Positions 35,605 through 42,987 are shown, numbered from the stretch's first letter. The stretch is DNA of 64,000 nucleotides from Eubacteriales bacterium (GCA_018384735.1 JAHAXB010000022.1:1936-65935), one strand, 5' to 3'. Translations and numbers: made by a program. Notes: a model not told the origin generated them from the letters alone.

Positions 35605-37755
35605 ATGAAAAAGAAATTGTTAATTTGGTTATTGGCCATCGTGATGGGCGGTGCTGCAATTGGCGGAGCCGGCTATTATTACCGTGAGCCGATTAAAAAT
35701 GCGGCCAACCATTGCTACCAGCAGATCTTCCATAGGAACTCCAATGCGCAAGAAACCGAGTCGACCCCGGAGCCGGAAGATAATGCTGCTGGTACCAGGG
35801 ACGAAGAGTACGCAACCCAACTGCAAGAAAAACAGTTGCGGATTAATACTCTTGAAACCGCTATTGCGGATTTGAACCAAACCATCGACGAATTAAACAC
35901 GGCCAATGATGCATCTTCGGCACGCTTGGCCGATTTAACTGCACGTAAAACCGAACTGGAAGCGCAAGTCGCCGAACTGCAAGATACCAATGCAGCCATT
36001 ACCGCCGAAAAGCAAGCGGAAATCGACGCGTTGAATTTATCGTTGGCAGACCTGCAAGCCGAAATCGAACAGTTGAACGCCGACAATGCCGATTATATTG
36101 AACAATTGGCCGAATTAACCAGCCGCAAGACCGAACTGGAAAACCAGGTTGCCACGTTGCAAAGTGACATCGAAACTTTAACCGCCGAGAACCAAGCCAC
36201 AATCGCGGAGTTGAACACCACGATTACCGGCTTAAATAACCGTATCCAAGAACTGGAAATCAGCAATACGAATTATGCTGATCACGTTGCCGAATTAACC
36301 AACCAAAAGACCGCGCTCGAAGCTCAGGTTGCTGAACTACAAGCCGGGAACACCAGCGCAGGACAGCAAGCACAGATTGACGAATTAAACGCTTCAATTG
36401 CGGAATTGGAAGCGCAGATCGAACAATTGAATCAAGCCCAAACTGATTCTGCCGCGCAAATTACTGAATTAACCAGTCAAAAGACGACCTTAGAAAATCG
36501 TGTTACTGAACTGCAAACTGCCAACGCCACGTTAGCTGAGGAAAAACAAACTGAAATTAACACCTTATACGCATCAATTACCGAACTTCAATCTCAAATC
36601 GAACAATTGAACACCGATAACACCGACTATGTTAACCAAATCACCGAATTGACGAATGCTAAAACCACGGCCGAAAACCAAGTTACCACTTTACAAGGTG
36701 ATATCGAAACCTTGAATGCGGATATCACCGACTTAAATACTACGATCACCAATTTGAACAGTCGTATTGAAGAGTTGGAAAACGCTAACACCGAATACGC
36801 CGCCTTAATTGCAAACTACGAAACCATTAAAGCCGACCTAGAAGCGCAAGTCGCCGAACTACAGGCACAGGTGGATGAGTCCGGAAATATGCAAACAGAG
36901 AATCTAGTTTATAGACTGGACCTAGTTACTACATTAAACATGAATAAAGGCGGTTCAACAAGTTATGTAAAATGTTTTAATATGGACGGAGTAATTTTGT
37001 TGATGAGGGGTAGTAGTGTAGCTTACACTTTAGACTATAATGATGGCGTATATTCCACTGGAGAAAACGTAAACACCAGTGTTTCCCTTGGAAGTAATTC
37101 AGGTAAAAGCGAAAATTATTGGAGTTATAAAGGATGTATTTTCTTTAGTGACGGGAATGTTAACTATAAATTAGCGCCATCCCAATCTCCATATTACAGT
37201 GTTTGGTACAAATGGGAGCAGTGTAATTGGAAGGATAAAGATGGGTATAAATTGGGTGTATGTGGCGATTTAGTTTGGTTTCATGACGATGATTGTTATT
37301 ATAAAAATTATAAATATGATTTTGAAACGAATAGTTGGAGTGTGGATTCTAATTTAAATTTCTTATATTTTAGCGACTTTTCATCCCAGCCATCAGAACA
37401 TATTTGGGAGTTTGAAAACAATTACTTTTCATCACCTGGTTTAATTGCAGATTTGCATCAATATGAATTAGATTTTGTCAATAAAACGAAAACAGTATTT
37501 GAATGGGGATTTCCGGGTGATGTTTATATTGACGGAAAAGATGTTTGGTCTTTTGACAATACTCTCTTTTTTACAAATAGCACAAAATCCATAGCGATTG
37601 ATTTTATAAATCATAGTATCAAAAAAGTTGAGTGGGTTTTTTCTGATGGATCAGTTGCACCTATACCTCTTAAATCTAGAGTTTTTACCAAAGCTGGGCA
37701 GTTATATTACCTCTTAAATAACAAAATTTATCAAATTACCAAGGTGGCCGCATGA
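35605..37755 (+). CDS. membrane-anchored coiled-coil repeat protein with a C-terminal aromatic-rich globular domain (716 aa)
   Basis: N-terminal TM LLIWLLAIVMGGAAIGGAG. About 330 aa of 60-aa tandem repeats (ELTxxKTxLExQVxELQ...IEQLN). The C-terminal 280 aa are rich in W, Y, F, N and D. Confidence 0.65.
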   Translation: MKKKLLIWLLAIVMGGAAIGGAGYYYREPIKNAANHCYQQIFHRNSNAQETESTPEPEDNAAGTRDEEYATQLQEKQLRINTLETAIADLNQTIDELNTANDASSARLADLTARKTELEAQVAELQDTNAAITAEKQAEIDALNLSLADLQAEIEQLNADNADYIEQLAELTSRKTELENQVATLQSDIETLTAENQATIAELNTTITGLNNRIQELEISNTNYADHVAELTNQKTALEAQVAELQAGNTSAGQQAQIDELNASIAELEAQIEQLNQAQTDSAAQITELTSQKTTLENRVTELQTANATLAEEKQTEINTLYASITELQSQIEQLNTDNTDYVNQITELTNAKTTAENQVTTLQGDIETLNADITDLNTTITNLNSRIEELENANTEYAALIANYETIKADLEAQVAELQAQVDESGNMQTENLVYRLDLVTTLNMNKGGSTSYVKCFNMDGVILLMRGSSVAYTLDYNDGVYSTGENVNTSVSLGSNSGKSENYWSYKGCIFFSDGNVNYKLAPSQSPYYSVWYKWEQCNWKDKDGYKLGVCGDLVWFHDDDCYYKNYKYDFETNSWSVDSNLNFLYFSDFSSQPSEHIWEFENNYFSSPGLIADLHQYELDFVNKTKTVFEWGFPGDVYIDGKDVWSFDNTLFFTNSTKSIAIDFINHSIKKVEWVFSDGSVAPIPLKSRVFTKAGQLYYLLNNKIYQITKVAA
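35929..36885 (+). repeat. five to six tandem in-frame repeats of about 180 bp inside the coiled-coil gene
   Basis: Repeat anchors gccga(a/t)tta/accgaattg at 35929, 36109, 36289, 36463 and 36643 give periods of 180, 180, 174 and 180 bp. Confidence 0.75.
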
Positions 37756-37934
37756 AGAAGGCTTTGATAATTATTGGATTGATTATATTAGCGTTGGTGG
37801 TAGCGGTAGTATGCAAGGTACCAGCGCTGGAATGGATCGCCAAAGTATTTGATGTTGTTAAATTAGTTTTTGCCACATTGGCAAACTGTTGTCGATTTTT
37901 ACAAAAATTAGTTAATTGGGGATTTATCAAATAA
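37752..37934 (+). CDS. small hydrophobic protein (60 aa, one N-terminal TM)
   Basis: Start overlaps the upstream stop (ATGA). MKKALIIIGLIILALVVAVVC, then an amphipathic tail. Confidence 0.5.
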   Translation: MKKALIIIGLIILALVVAVVCKVPALEWIAKVFDVVKLVFATLANCCRFLQKLVNWGFIK

Positions 37935-37957
37935 AAAAATAAAAGGAGAAACAAAAA

Positions 37958-38776
37958 ATGTTATTCAAAAGAAAACCAAAGGAAAAAGAAAAAATTGCCG
38001 GTCGTAAGCCGGCATCAAAGAAAGGCGGTACTAAATTAACCGCCAAAAAGACCGGGGTTAAAAAGCCGACACCGCAAAAGAAAGCCGGCAAGACCGCTAC
38101 GCGCAAGCCATTACCACGTAAGAAAGTGGGGCAAGTTGCCCGTAAGAATGCATCCGTAAAGCCGCAGAAACGCGCTGTGGCGCATAAAAATGGTGCGGCC
38201 AAGAAAACGGACAATAAATCAGGTTTAAGATTGATGTGTAAGAAAAATGGCTGTGAAATTGCCGAACTTACGAAAAAGATGCCAAAAGGTTGGTGCATCA
38301 TCGATGGTGCAACGACGGCACCGTTAGGAACTAAATGGGTTACAAATGGCGAAAGCCATTTCAATGGAAAGCGCAAGCAAAAGTTATTAATAACTGACAA
38401 GAAATTATTCAGAGAAAATCTAGAAAAAAAGAACCCGCGCTATGAGGTTATTTCCACCAAGGTTCGGGCGGGAGAGTTTGCGACAATCAACTCTGCTTCT
38501 GCGCGTGGACACAAAGGGGAAATTGCACAACGCAAGAAAAATGGCCAAATTACAGCAATCACAATTACGCATGCTAAAAAGACGAATGGGCGTAAAAACA
38601 TTCCATTACAGGTTAATCCACAGAAAGGTGATTCAAGAAAAGCGTATATTAACAAACGCATTCACACTGTAAAGGAAAAAGAAATAGGCAAACGACACCC
38701 TGATATGAAAATTAAGAATCCGACTGATAAATCAGTGATACGAAAAATTAAGACGAATGCAAAGAAGCGTAAATAA
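37958..38776 (+). CDS. extremely basic Lys/Pro/Ala-rich protein (histone H1-tail-like N-terminus)
   Basis: SD AAAGGAG. The first 90 aa or so are dominated by K, P, A, G and T (KPKEKEKIAGRKPASKKGGTKLTAKKTGVKKPTPQKKAGKTATRKPLPRKK). The basic character continues to the C-terminus. Confidence 0.6.
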   Translation: MLFKRKPKEKEKIAGRKPASKKGGTKLTAKKTGVKKPTPQKKAGKTATRKPLPRKKVGQVARKNASVKPQKRAVAHKNGAAKKTDNKSGLRLMCKKNGCEIAELTKKMPKGWCIIDGATTAPLGTKWVTNGESHFNGKRKQKLLITDKKLFRENLEKKNPRYEVISTKVRAGEFATINSASARGHKGEIAQRKKNGQITAITITHAKKTNGRKNIPLQVNPQKGDSRKAYINKRIHTVKEKEIGKRHPDMKIKNPTDKSVIRKIKTNAKKRK

Positions 38777-38781
38777 AAAAA

Positions 38782-38830
38782 GAAGTCAGGCTCCCCGGAT
38801 TGCTCCGTCCTTAGCCTGATCTTCATTTTT
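38782..38830 (+). terminator. hairpin plus T-tract after the basic-protein gene
   Basis: tcaggct (38786-38792) pairs with agcctga (38813-38819). A T run lies at 38826-38830. Confidence 0.4.
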
Positions 38831-38898
38831 AGTATATACCGAATTGAGAAAAATAGTCAAGATTTAGTTTTCGGTGGCTCTATGAATGATCCAAATGT

Positions 38899-38922
38899 GG
38901 GGTGCAACTGCGCCCCCTTTTT
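38899..38922 (+). terminator. rho-independent terminator
   Basis: ggggtgc-aact-gcgcccc hairpin followed by CTTTTT. Confidence 0.6.
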
Positions 38923-38926
38923 ACTG

Positions 38927-38955
38927 TTGAAATTTGCCGAAACATAGTGTATGCT
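38927..38955 (+). promoter_or_regulatory. sigma70-type promoter with leaderless geometry
   Basis: TTGAAA (38927-38932), 17 nt, TATGCT (38950-38955). The ATG at 38962 lies 6 nt after the -10. Confidence 0.45.
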
Positions 38956-38961
38956 ATCAGC

Positions 38962-39363
38962 ATGAAAAGTTTAATTAAATTAGCATTATTGATTGGGATA
39001 GTTGCATTTGCTTTGTGGGACTATCGGGTTCTCAACTCGGTTGGCTTTAGCCAATTTGAGATACCAGAGGATAAAAGCATTGTTGAGTATTTCCAAGAAA
39101 TTGGTAATATCAAAAAAATCGAATATTATAAAAATGTATTTCCTGTTGATTATAAATGGTGTTTGTACATAGAAACCAAAGAAAATGCTTATTTGTTAAA
39201 TGTCGATGATGACACAATTGAAGCGTTGAATACATGTGGCTTTTTTGTCGACAAACTAAAACCACAGAAGATTACACCAGTTGTTCCGCTTTATGTTGAA
39301 GCCGTTCTTGGCGGATTTATTTTGTGTTCGTTCTTTTTTCCGAATAGAAAAAGAGACGATTGA
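38962..39363 (+). CDS. hypothetical membrane protein (133 aa)
   Basis: MKSLIKLALLIGIVAFALW N-terminal TM and a C-terminal TM VEAVLGGFILCSFFF. The track's GTG start at 38902 lies inside the upstream terminator, so ATG 38962 is preferred. Confidence 0.55.
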   Translation: MKSLIKLALLIGIVAFALWDYRVLNSVGFSQFEIPEDKSIVEYFQEIGNIKKIEYYKNVFPVDYKWCLYIETKENAYLLNVDDDTIEALNTCGFFVDKLKPQKITPVVPLYVEAVLGGFILCSFFFPNRKRDD

Positions 39364-39406
39364 GGAATGAAATTGATGACTGATTGATATTAACAAAATT
39401 ATTTTA

Positions 39407-39433
39407 GGGGAGTAGGAAACTACTCCCTTTTTT
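39407..39433 (+). terminator. rho-independent terminator
   Basis: gggagtag-gaaa-ctactccc hairpin followed by TTTTTT. Confidence 0.7.
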
Positions 39434-39458
39434 ATAAAAATTTATTGATACATTAAAA

Positions 39459-39505
39459 AGAATATTCCGATAAAACAGTTGACAGTATGAGAATATTCTG
39501 ATACG
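39459..39505 (+). promoter_or_regulatory. second operator-controlled promoter, homologous to 32441-32472
   Basis: AGAATATTCC (39459-39468), TTGACA (39479-39484) and AGAATATTCT (39490-39499), then GATACG. About 36 of 46 positions are identical to the left switch region. The two operators are 31 bp apart. Confidence 0.5.
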
Positions 39506-39539
39506 GTATATTACCAATCAATAAAGGGGGGAATGCACA

Positions 39540-39704
39540 ATGCAAAATGAACAAATCCAAATCAGCCAATGGATGGTCGACAGCCTGTTGTCTGCCAATG
39601 CGGAAAGGGCAGGGGCGATCATTCAAAAAGTCGGCGCAGTTTTCGGACCTAAAAGTCAGGAAAAACTGGTCGCCGCGATCTTGCGTCAAGTTCATTCGGC
39701 TTGA
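39540..39704 (+). CDS. small helical protein (54 aa), below the ORF-track size cutoff
   Basis: ATG lies 8 nt after AAAGGGGGG. It translates to MQNEQIQISQWMVDSLLSANAERAGAIIQKVGAVFGPKSQEKLVAAILRQVHSA, which looks far more protein-like than the overlapping 65-aa track ORF. Confidence 0.5.
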   Translation: MQNEQIQISQWMVDSLLSANAERAGAIIQKVGAVFGPKSQEKLVAAILRQVHSA

Positions 39705-39946
39705 CGCCTCCGGTGGGGCGAACCCACTACCACTGGGCAGGTAAGGTTGCGCGAACCTTCCTGTGTAACTCAATTCTGGATAGAGTTACCGTTTGCCGAC
39801 AGGCGCCAATATCGGACCGTTTTACAGTGGGTTATCGAACAAACCGCCCTTGTTGACTGGAGAGGACAAAGTCAACCGCCTGGGGGATTGGCTTAATAAA
39901 TCCTCCACCATTGGTGGAACTAACCACCGCAATAAAGGGAGAAGAT
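39705..39946 (+). other. G+C-rich spacer: structured RNA, TGA-readthrough extension, or a 49-aa TTG-initiated ORF (unresolved)
   Basis: Hairpins gtggg-gcgaa-cccac, aaggtt-gcgcg-aacctt, gtaactc-N11-gagttac, gttgact-N11-agtcaac and ccacca-t-tggtgg. The frame of the upstream ORF stays open for 63 further codons, to TAA at 39894-39896. Confidence 0.3.
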
Positions 39947-40087
39947 ATGCAGGAACATAGGTACTACTTTTTAATGGCGGACCGTACGGTGCATGAATAT
40001 GACAGTTACCGTTACGCCAAAGAGTTTTACGAAAATAACACTGACAATATCATTGAAACCAACTTCCAATACGTGGAGGGCTTATGA
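39947..40087 (+). CDS. small protein (46 aa), below the ORF-track size cutoff
   Basis: ATG lies 6 nt after AAAGGGAGAAG. Sequence is MQEHRYYFLMADRTVHEYDSYRYAKEFYENNTDNIIETNFQYVEGL. The stop overlaps the next start (ATGA). Confidence 0.5.
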   Translation: MQEHRYYFLMADRTVHEYDSYRYAKEFYENNTDNIIETNFQYVEGL

Positions 40088-40500
40088 TGACATTGCTCGA
40101 ATTATTAAAAAGTAAAGTGTTTTGGCAATATGCAATCGTGCTTATATTTTTTATAGCTAGTTTAATCTGTATTATCGGGCTTGGATTTTCTGGGGTAAAA
40201 CATAAAGAAAAACCTGTTAAAAAGACCCCAGAATTTACACAGGGACAAAAGGTCTATGTAATTAAAGACTATAAGAACGGTGTGATTAAAACATGTGATC
40301 TATTAAGCGTGCACAAAGATTATACAGGCGAAATTGACGATTACACACTGGGTGTGTGGAATTCTAAGGGTACCATCATCCATTTGGAAAATGTCAAGAA
40401 AGAACAGGTTTTTGCCAGTTTAGAAGAGGCAAGTAATGCCTATCTACAATTTAGAGAACATTTCGGCCATATCCTTGACCACTTGGAGGATGGCAAATGA
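40084..40500 (+). CDS. hypothetical N-terminally membrane-anchored protein (138 aa)
   Basis: TM VFWQYAIVLIFFIASLICIIGLGF. Translationally coupled on both sides. Confidence 0.55.
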   Translation: MMTLLELLKSKVFWQYAIVLIFFIASLICIIGLGFSGVKHKEKPVKKTPEFTQGQKVYVIKDYKNGVIKTCDLLSVHKDYTGEIDDYTLGVWNSKGTIIHLENVKKEQVFASLEEASNAYLQFREHFGHILDHLEDGK

Positions 40501-41192
40501 ACTTTCACTGTCTCTTTGAACAAAGCGGTACTTTCAAAAATGTGCTGAAACAGCATGGGCACCAGGCCTATGACTATGACATATTGAATGACTACAAACA
40601 AACTGACAACCAAATTGATTTGTTTGGCGAAATTCAGAAAGCTTGGGACAAATTGGTCAATGGTAAATCATACAGTTCCATTTTTGATAACATGAAACCC
40701 GGCGAAGATTTTATCTTGGCGTTTTTCCCGTGTACATACTTTTCGCACCAAAATGAGGCAGTATTCAAAGGACACAGGGGCGGCGAAGTTCATAACAGTA
40801 GCGCAGATGATATTAAGTACATTATCAATCGAGAATATCGCCGAGCGCGTTATTTTGAGTTATTTCTCAAATTTTGTTACGTGGTGCAGGAATTAAAGAT
40901 TCCGACCATCATTGAAAATCCATATGGCCCCAACGGCCATAATTATTTGAATTTGTACTCACCGTACCGACCAATGTATGTCGACATGAACCGAAGTTTG
41001 TTCGGTGATGACAAAATCAAACCGACAATGTTTTTTGCCATTAACTACCCAATGAAAGAACAGTTTGTTTGGTATACACAGAGTGACAACCCAACCAGAC
41101 CGGTTGAAAACCTAACGCAACGCAAACGCAGTGAAATCCGTCCAGAATATGCGGACAATTTTGTTAAACGCTTTTTAGGAGGTGTGAAATGA
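40497..41192 (+). CDS. small C5-cytosine DNA methyltransferase-like protein
   Basis: CLFEQSGTF (motif I-like), FFPCTYFS (motif IV PC..FS), IIENPYG (motif VI ENV-like). At 231 aa there is little room for a target-recognition domain. Confidence 0.45.
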   Translation: MNFHCLFEQSGTFKNVLKQHGHQAYDYDILNDYKQTDNQIDLFGEIQKAWDKLVNGKSYSSIFDNMKPGEDFILAFFPCTYFSHQNEAVFKGHRGGEVHNSSADDIKYIINREYRRARYFELFLKFCYVVQELKIPTIIENPYGPNGHNYLNLYSPYRPMYVDMNRSLFGDDKIKPTMFFAINYPMKEQFVWYTQSDNPTRPVENLTQRKRSEIRPEYADNFVKRFLGGVK

Positions 41193-41476
41193 GTGTAACA
41201 CTGCAGAGCTTACGTGAAGAACACAACCATATGACGCAGAAAACACTAGCGTCATTATTGCGTGTGGATCGCAGTGCGATTTCAAAATGGGAATCCGGCA
41301 AACAGGTGCCGGATCGCGAAATGGCCATGCGTATTGCACAAGTCTTCAATCGACCGTTTGGTGAGATTGACGCGATGTTTTGCAAAACCAAACCCGATGC
41401 CATTTTGGGTGGCCAAGTTTGCATGGGTTTCATGCAGGCGCCGGCCGAGTTGCCGTTAAGACAGGAGGTTAAATAG
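41189..41476 (+). CDS. XRE-family HTH protein (Cro-like)
   Basis: MTQKTLASLLRVDRSAISKWESGKQVPDREMAMRIAQVF helix-turn-helix. Confidence 0.7.
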   Translation: MSVTLQSLREEHNHMTQKTLASLLRVDRSAISKWESGKQVPDREMAMRIAQVFNRPFGEIDAMFCKTKPDAILGGQVCMGFMQAPAELPLRQEVK

Positions 41477-42334
41477 ATGGTTGTTGCGCGGCAAGCTAAA
41501 ACGATGGTGGAAAAAGGGATGGTGTCTTTGTCACTTTTCAAAGGCATTAAGCCCAATGACTATGAATTAAAGCCAGGGGAGATTGTCACTATCTGTGGCC
41601 CAAAAGGTCATGGTAAGACTACTTTGACCGCGCATATTGCCACCAGTGAGATGTTACCCAATAAAGCCTGGTACAAAGTTCGAGAAGCGCGCGCTGAGGC
41701 AAAAAATTTGCGATTGTGTGGATTCAGGTATGCTTTCGTTCCGGAAAATGTCAAACATTTGGTTTTCAGCGAAATTCCGATCAGAACATGCAGTGACCAA
41801 GGCTACTTGCCACGTTGGGCCCATAAACTTGATTTTGACAGGATGTTATTGCCAAACGGCAAAAATAACGCACAGTTCTTTCCCTATGGCGCAATTTTAG
41901 TTATTGACGAGTTAATGAATAAATTTGCCGCCCGTGATTACACCAGCGGAAAAATGCCTAAGGAAATGTGCGACTTTTTACGACTGATTCGCCACCGTGG
42001 AATTTCCGTGGTGACAAACTCTCTGGTACCGACCGGAGCGGATAAGGGTGTTCGCGATATGTCGCAGACTTATATGTTAATTGTCCACCGTGCGGACGAT
42101 TGGTATCGTGGCAAACCGCGCACAACCTGGTATTGTCTCGAATTCGACAACGATAAATCTTGCGCCAAGTTCGCAGAGAATCCGTACAGGAAAGGGATTA
42201 ACTATGTGCCGTATGTGTTTGAACATGTCGGCGACATTCACAAATGTGTTGATTCGAATGGTGAAAACGACAAGTTCTTGGTTGGTATGCGTAAGCGTCC
42301 AATTGAGTTCAAATCATGGAGGAGGGCAGCATGA
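41477..42334 (+). CDS. Zot/pI-like P-loop NTPase
   Basis: Walker A GPKGHGKTT, Walker B ILVIDEL followed by F..R, and LIRHRGISVV, matching the Zot-family hRHxG pattern. No TM segment. Confidence 0.45.
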   Translation: MVVARQAKTMVEKGMVSLSLFKGIKPNDYELKPGEIVTICGPKGHGKTTLTAHIATSEMLPNKAWYKVREARAEAKNLRLCGFRYAFVPENVKHLVFSEIPIRTCSDQGYLPRWAHKLDFDRMLLPNGKNNAQFFPYGAILVIDELMNKFAARDYTSGKMPKEMCDFLRLIRHRGISVVTNSLVPTGADKGVRDMSQTYMLIVHRADDWYRGKPRTTWYCLEFDNDKSCAKFAENPYRKGINYVPYVFEHVGDIHKCVDSNGENDKFLVGMRKRPIEFKSWRRAA

Positions 42335-42987
42335 CAAAGCAGGAACGCGCAGAACAGGCTGAGTTGGCGGACAAGCTGGCTGAGGAAATCGAAGAGGAAG
42401 AAGCCAAAGAACAGGAACTCGAACAGGACGAAGAAGCCGAGGAAGACGCGGACGCGGAAGAAGACGAAACCACGGACGAAGCCCCGGAGGATGCGGTCGA
42501 CTATGACGACCACGACGAAATTACCGAGATATTGAACGGTATTGACTTTGACATTACAGGTTGTAATACGCAGGATACCATCACGACTAAAATTTTGTAT
42601 TTGTGCAACCAAGAAAACAGGGTATTGGATAAGTTCAAAGAGAATGATTCTGTGCTGAATACTGTGGTCTATAATGAGCTGTATCAGACGATTGTTGATT
42701 CTTTCAATAATTATTTGACGATTTTACGTGAGCGACTGAAATTAATTGTCAAATCTGAGAACTTAAAATGTGCCATGAACCGGTTAAAGTTTATTGTTGG
42801 CGATCTGAGGCGCGACAAGATTAATAATAAGTACCAGGTTAAGTTATTACGCTATAAAAATTGGCTGTACTGGTGGAAAAAATGGCGTGAGCATAATATT
42901 TTACGCAAACAAGAGAGAGAACGCTACAAGGCTGAAATTAAGGCGTTAAAAGCGTTGTCTAAAACTACGCAATCTGAGCCTCCCTAG
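42331..42987 (+). CDS. protein with an extremely acidic N-terminal region
   Basis: ATG 42331 follows GGAGGAGGG and overlaps the upstream stop (ATGA). Residues 10-75 or so are mostly E and D (EEIEEEEAKEQELEQDEEAEEDADAEEDETTDEAPEDAVDYDDHDE). The C-terminal tail is basic. Confidence 0.55.
   Translation: MTKQERAEQAELADKLAEEIEEEEAKEQELEQDEEAEEDADAEEDETTDEAPEDAVDYDDHDEITEILNGIDFDITGCNTQDTITTKILYLCNQENRVLDKFKENDSVLNTVVYNELYQTIVDSFNNYLTILRERLKLIVKSENLKCAMNRLKFIVGDLRRDKINNKYQVKLLRYKNWLYWWKKWREHNILRKQERERYKAEIKALKALSKTTQSEPP

Noticed and set aside
35929-36885. Considered whether the regular 180-bp repeats could be a CRISPR-like or satellite array.
   Set aside because: The repeats are in-frame, diverged, lie within a continuous ORF and encode heptad-like coiled-coil sequence. 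There is no spacer/repeat architecture and there are no cas genes anywhere in the window.
37927-38400. 157-aa minus-strand ORF opposite the Lys-rich protein gene.
   Set aside because: A Phe/Leu/Pro-rich mirror image of the AAG/AAA-rich sense strand. The sense ORF has a strong SD and operon context.
39453-39773. 106-aa minus-strand ORF and 65-aa plus-strand ORF (39547-39744) in the GC-rich region.
   Set aside because: Neither has a ribosome-binding site, and both have Arg/Ser/Cys/Pro-rich compositions typical of off-frame translation of GC-rich DNA. The 54-aa frame starting at 39540 has a strong SD and a protein-like sequence.
41164-41556. 130-aa minus-strand ORF across the MTase/HTH/ATPase junction.
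   Set aside because: It is antisense to three tightly coupled plus-strand genes with recognisable motifs.
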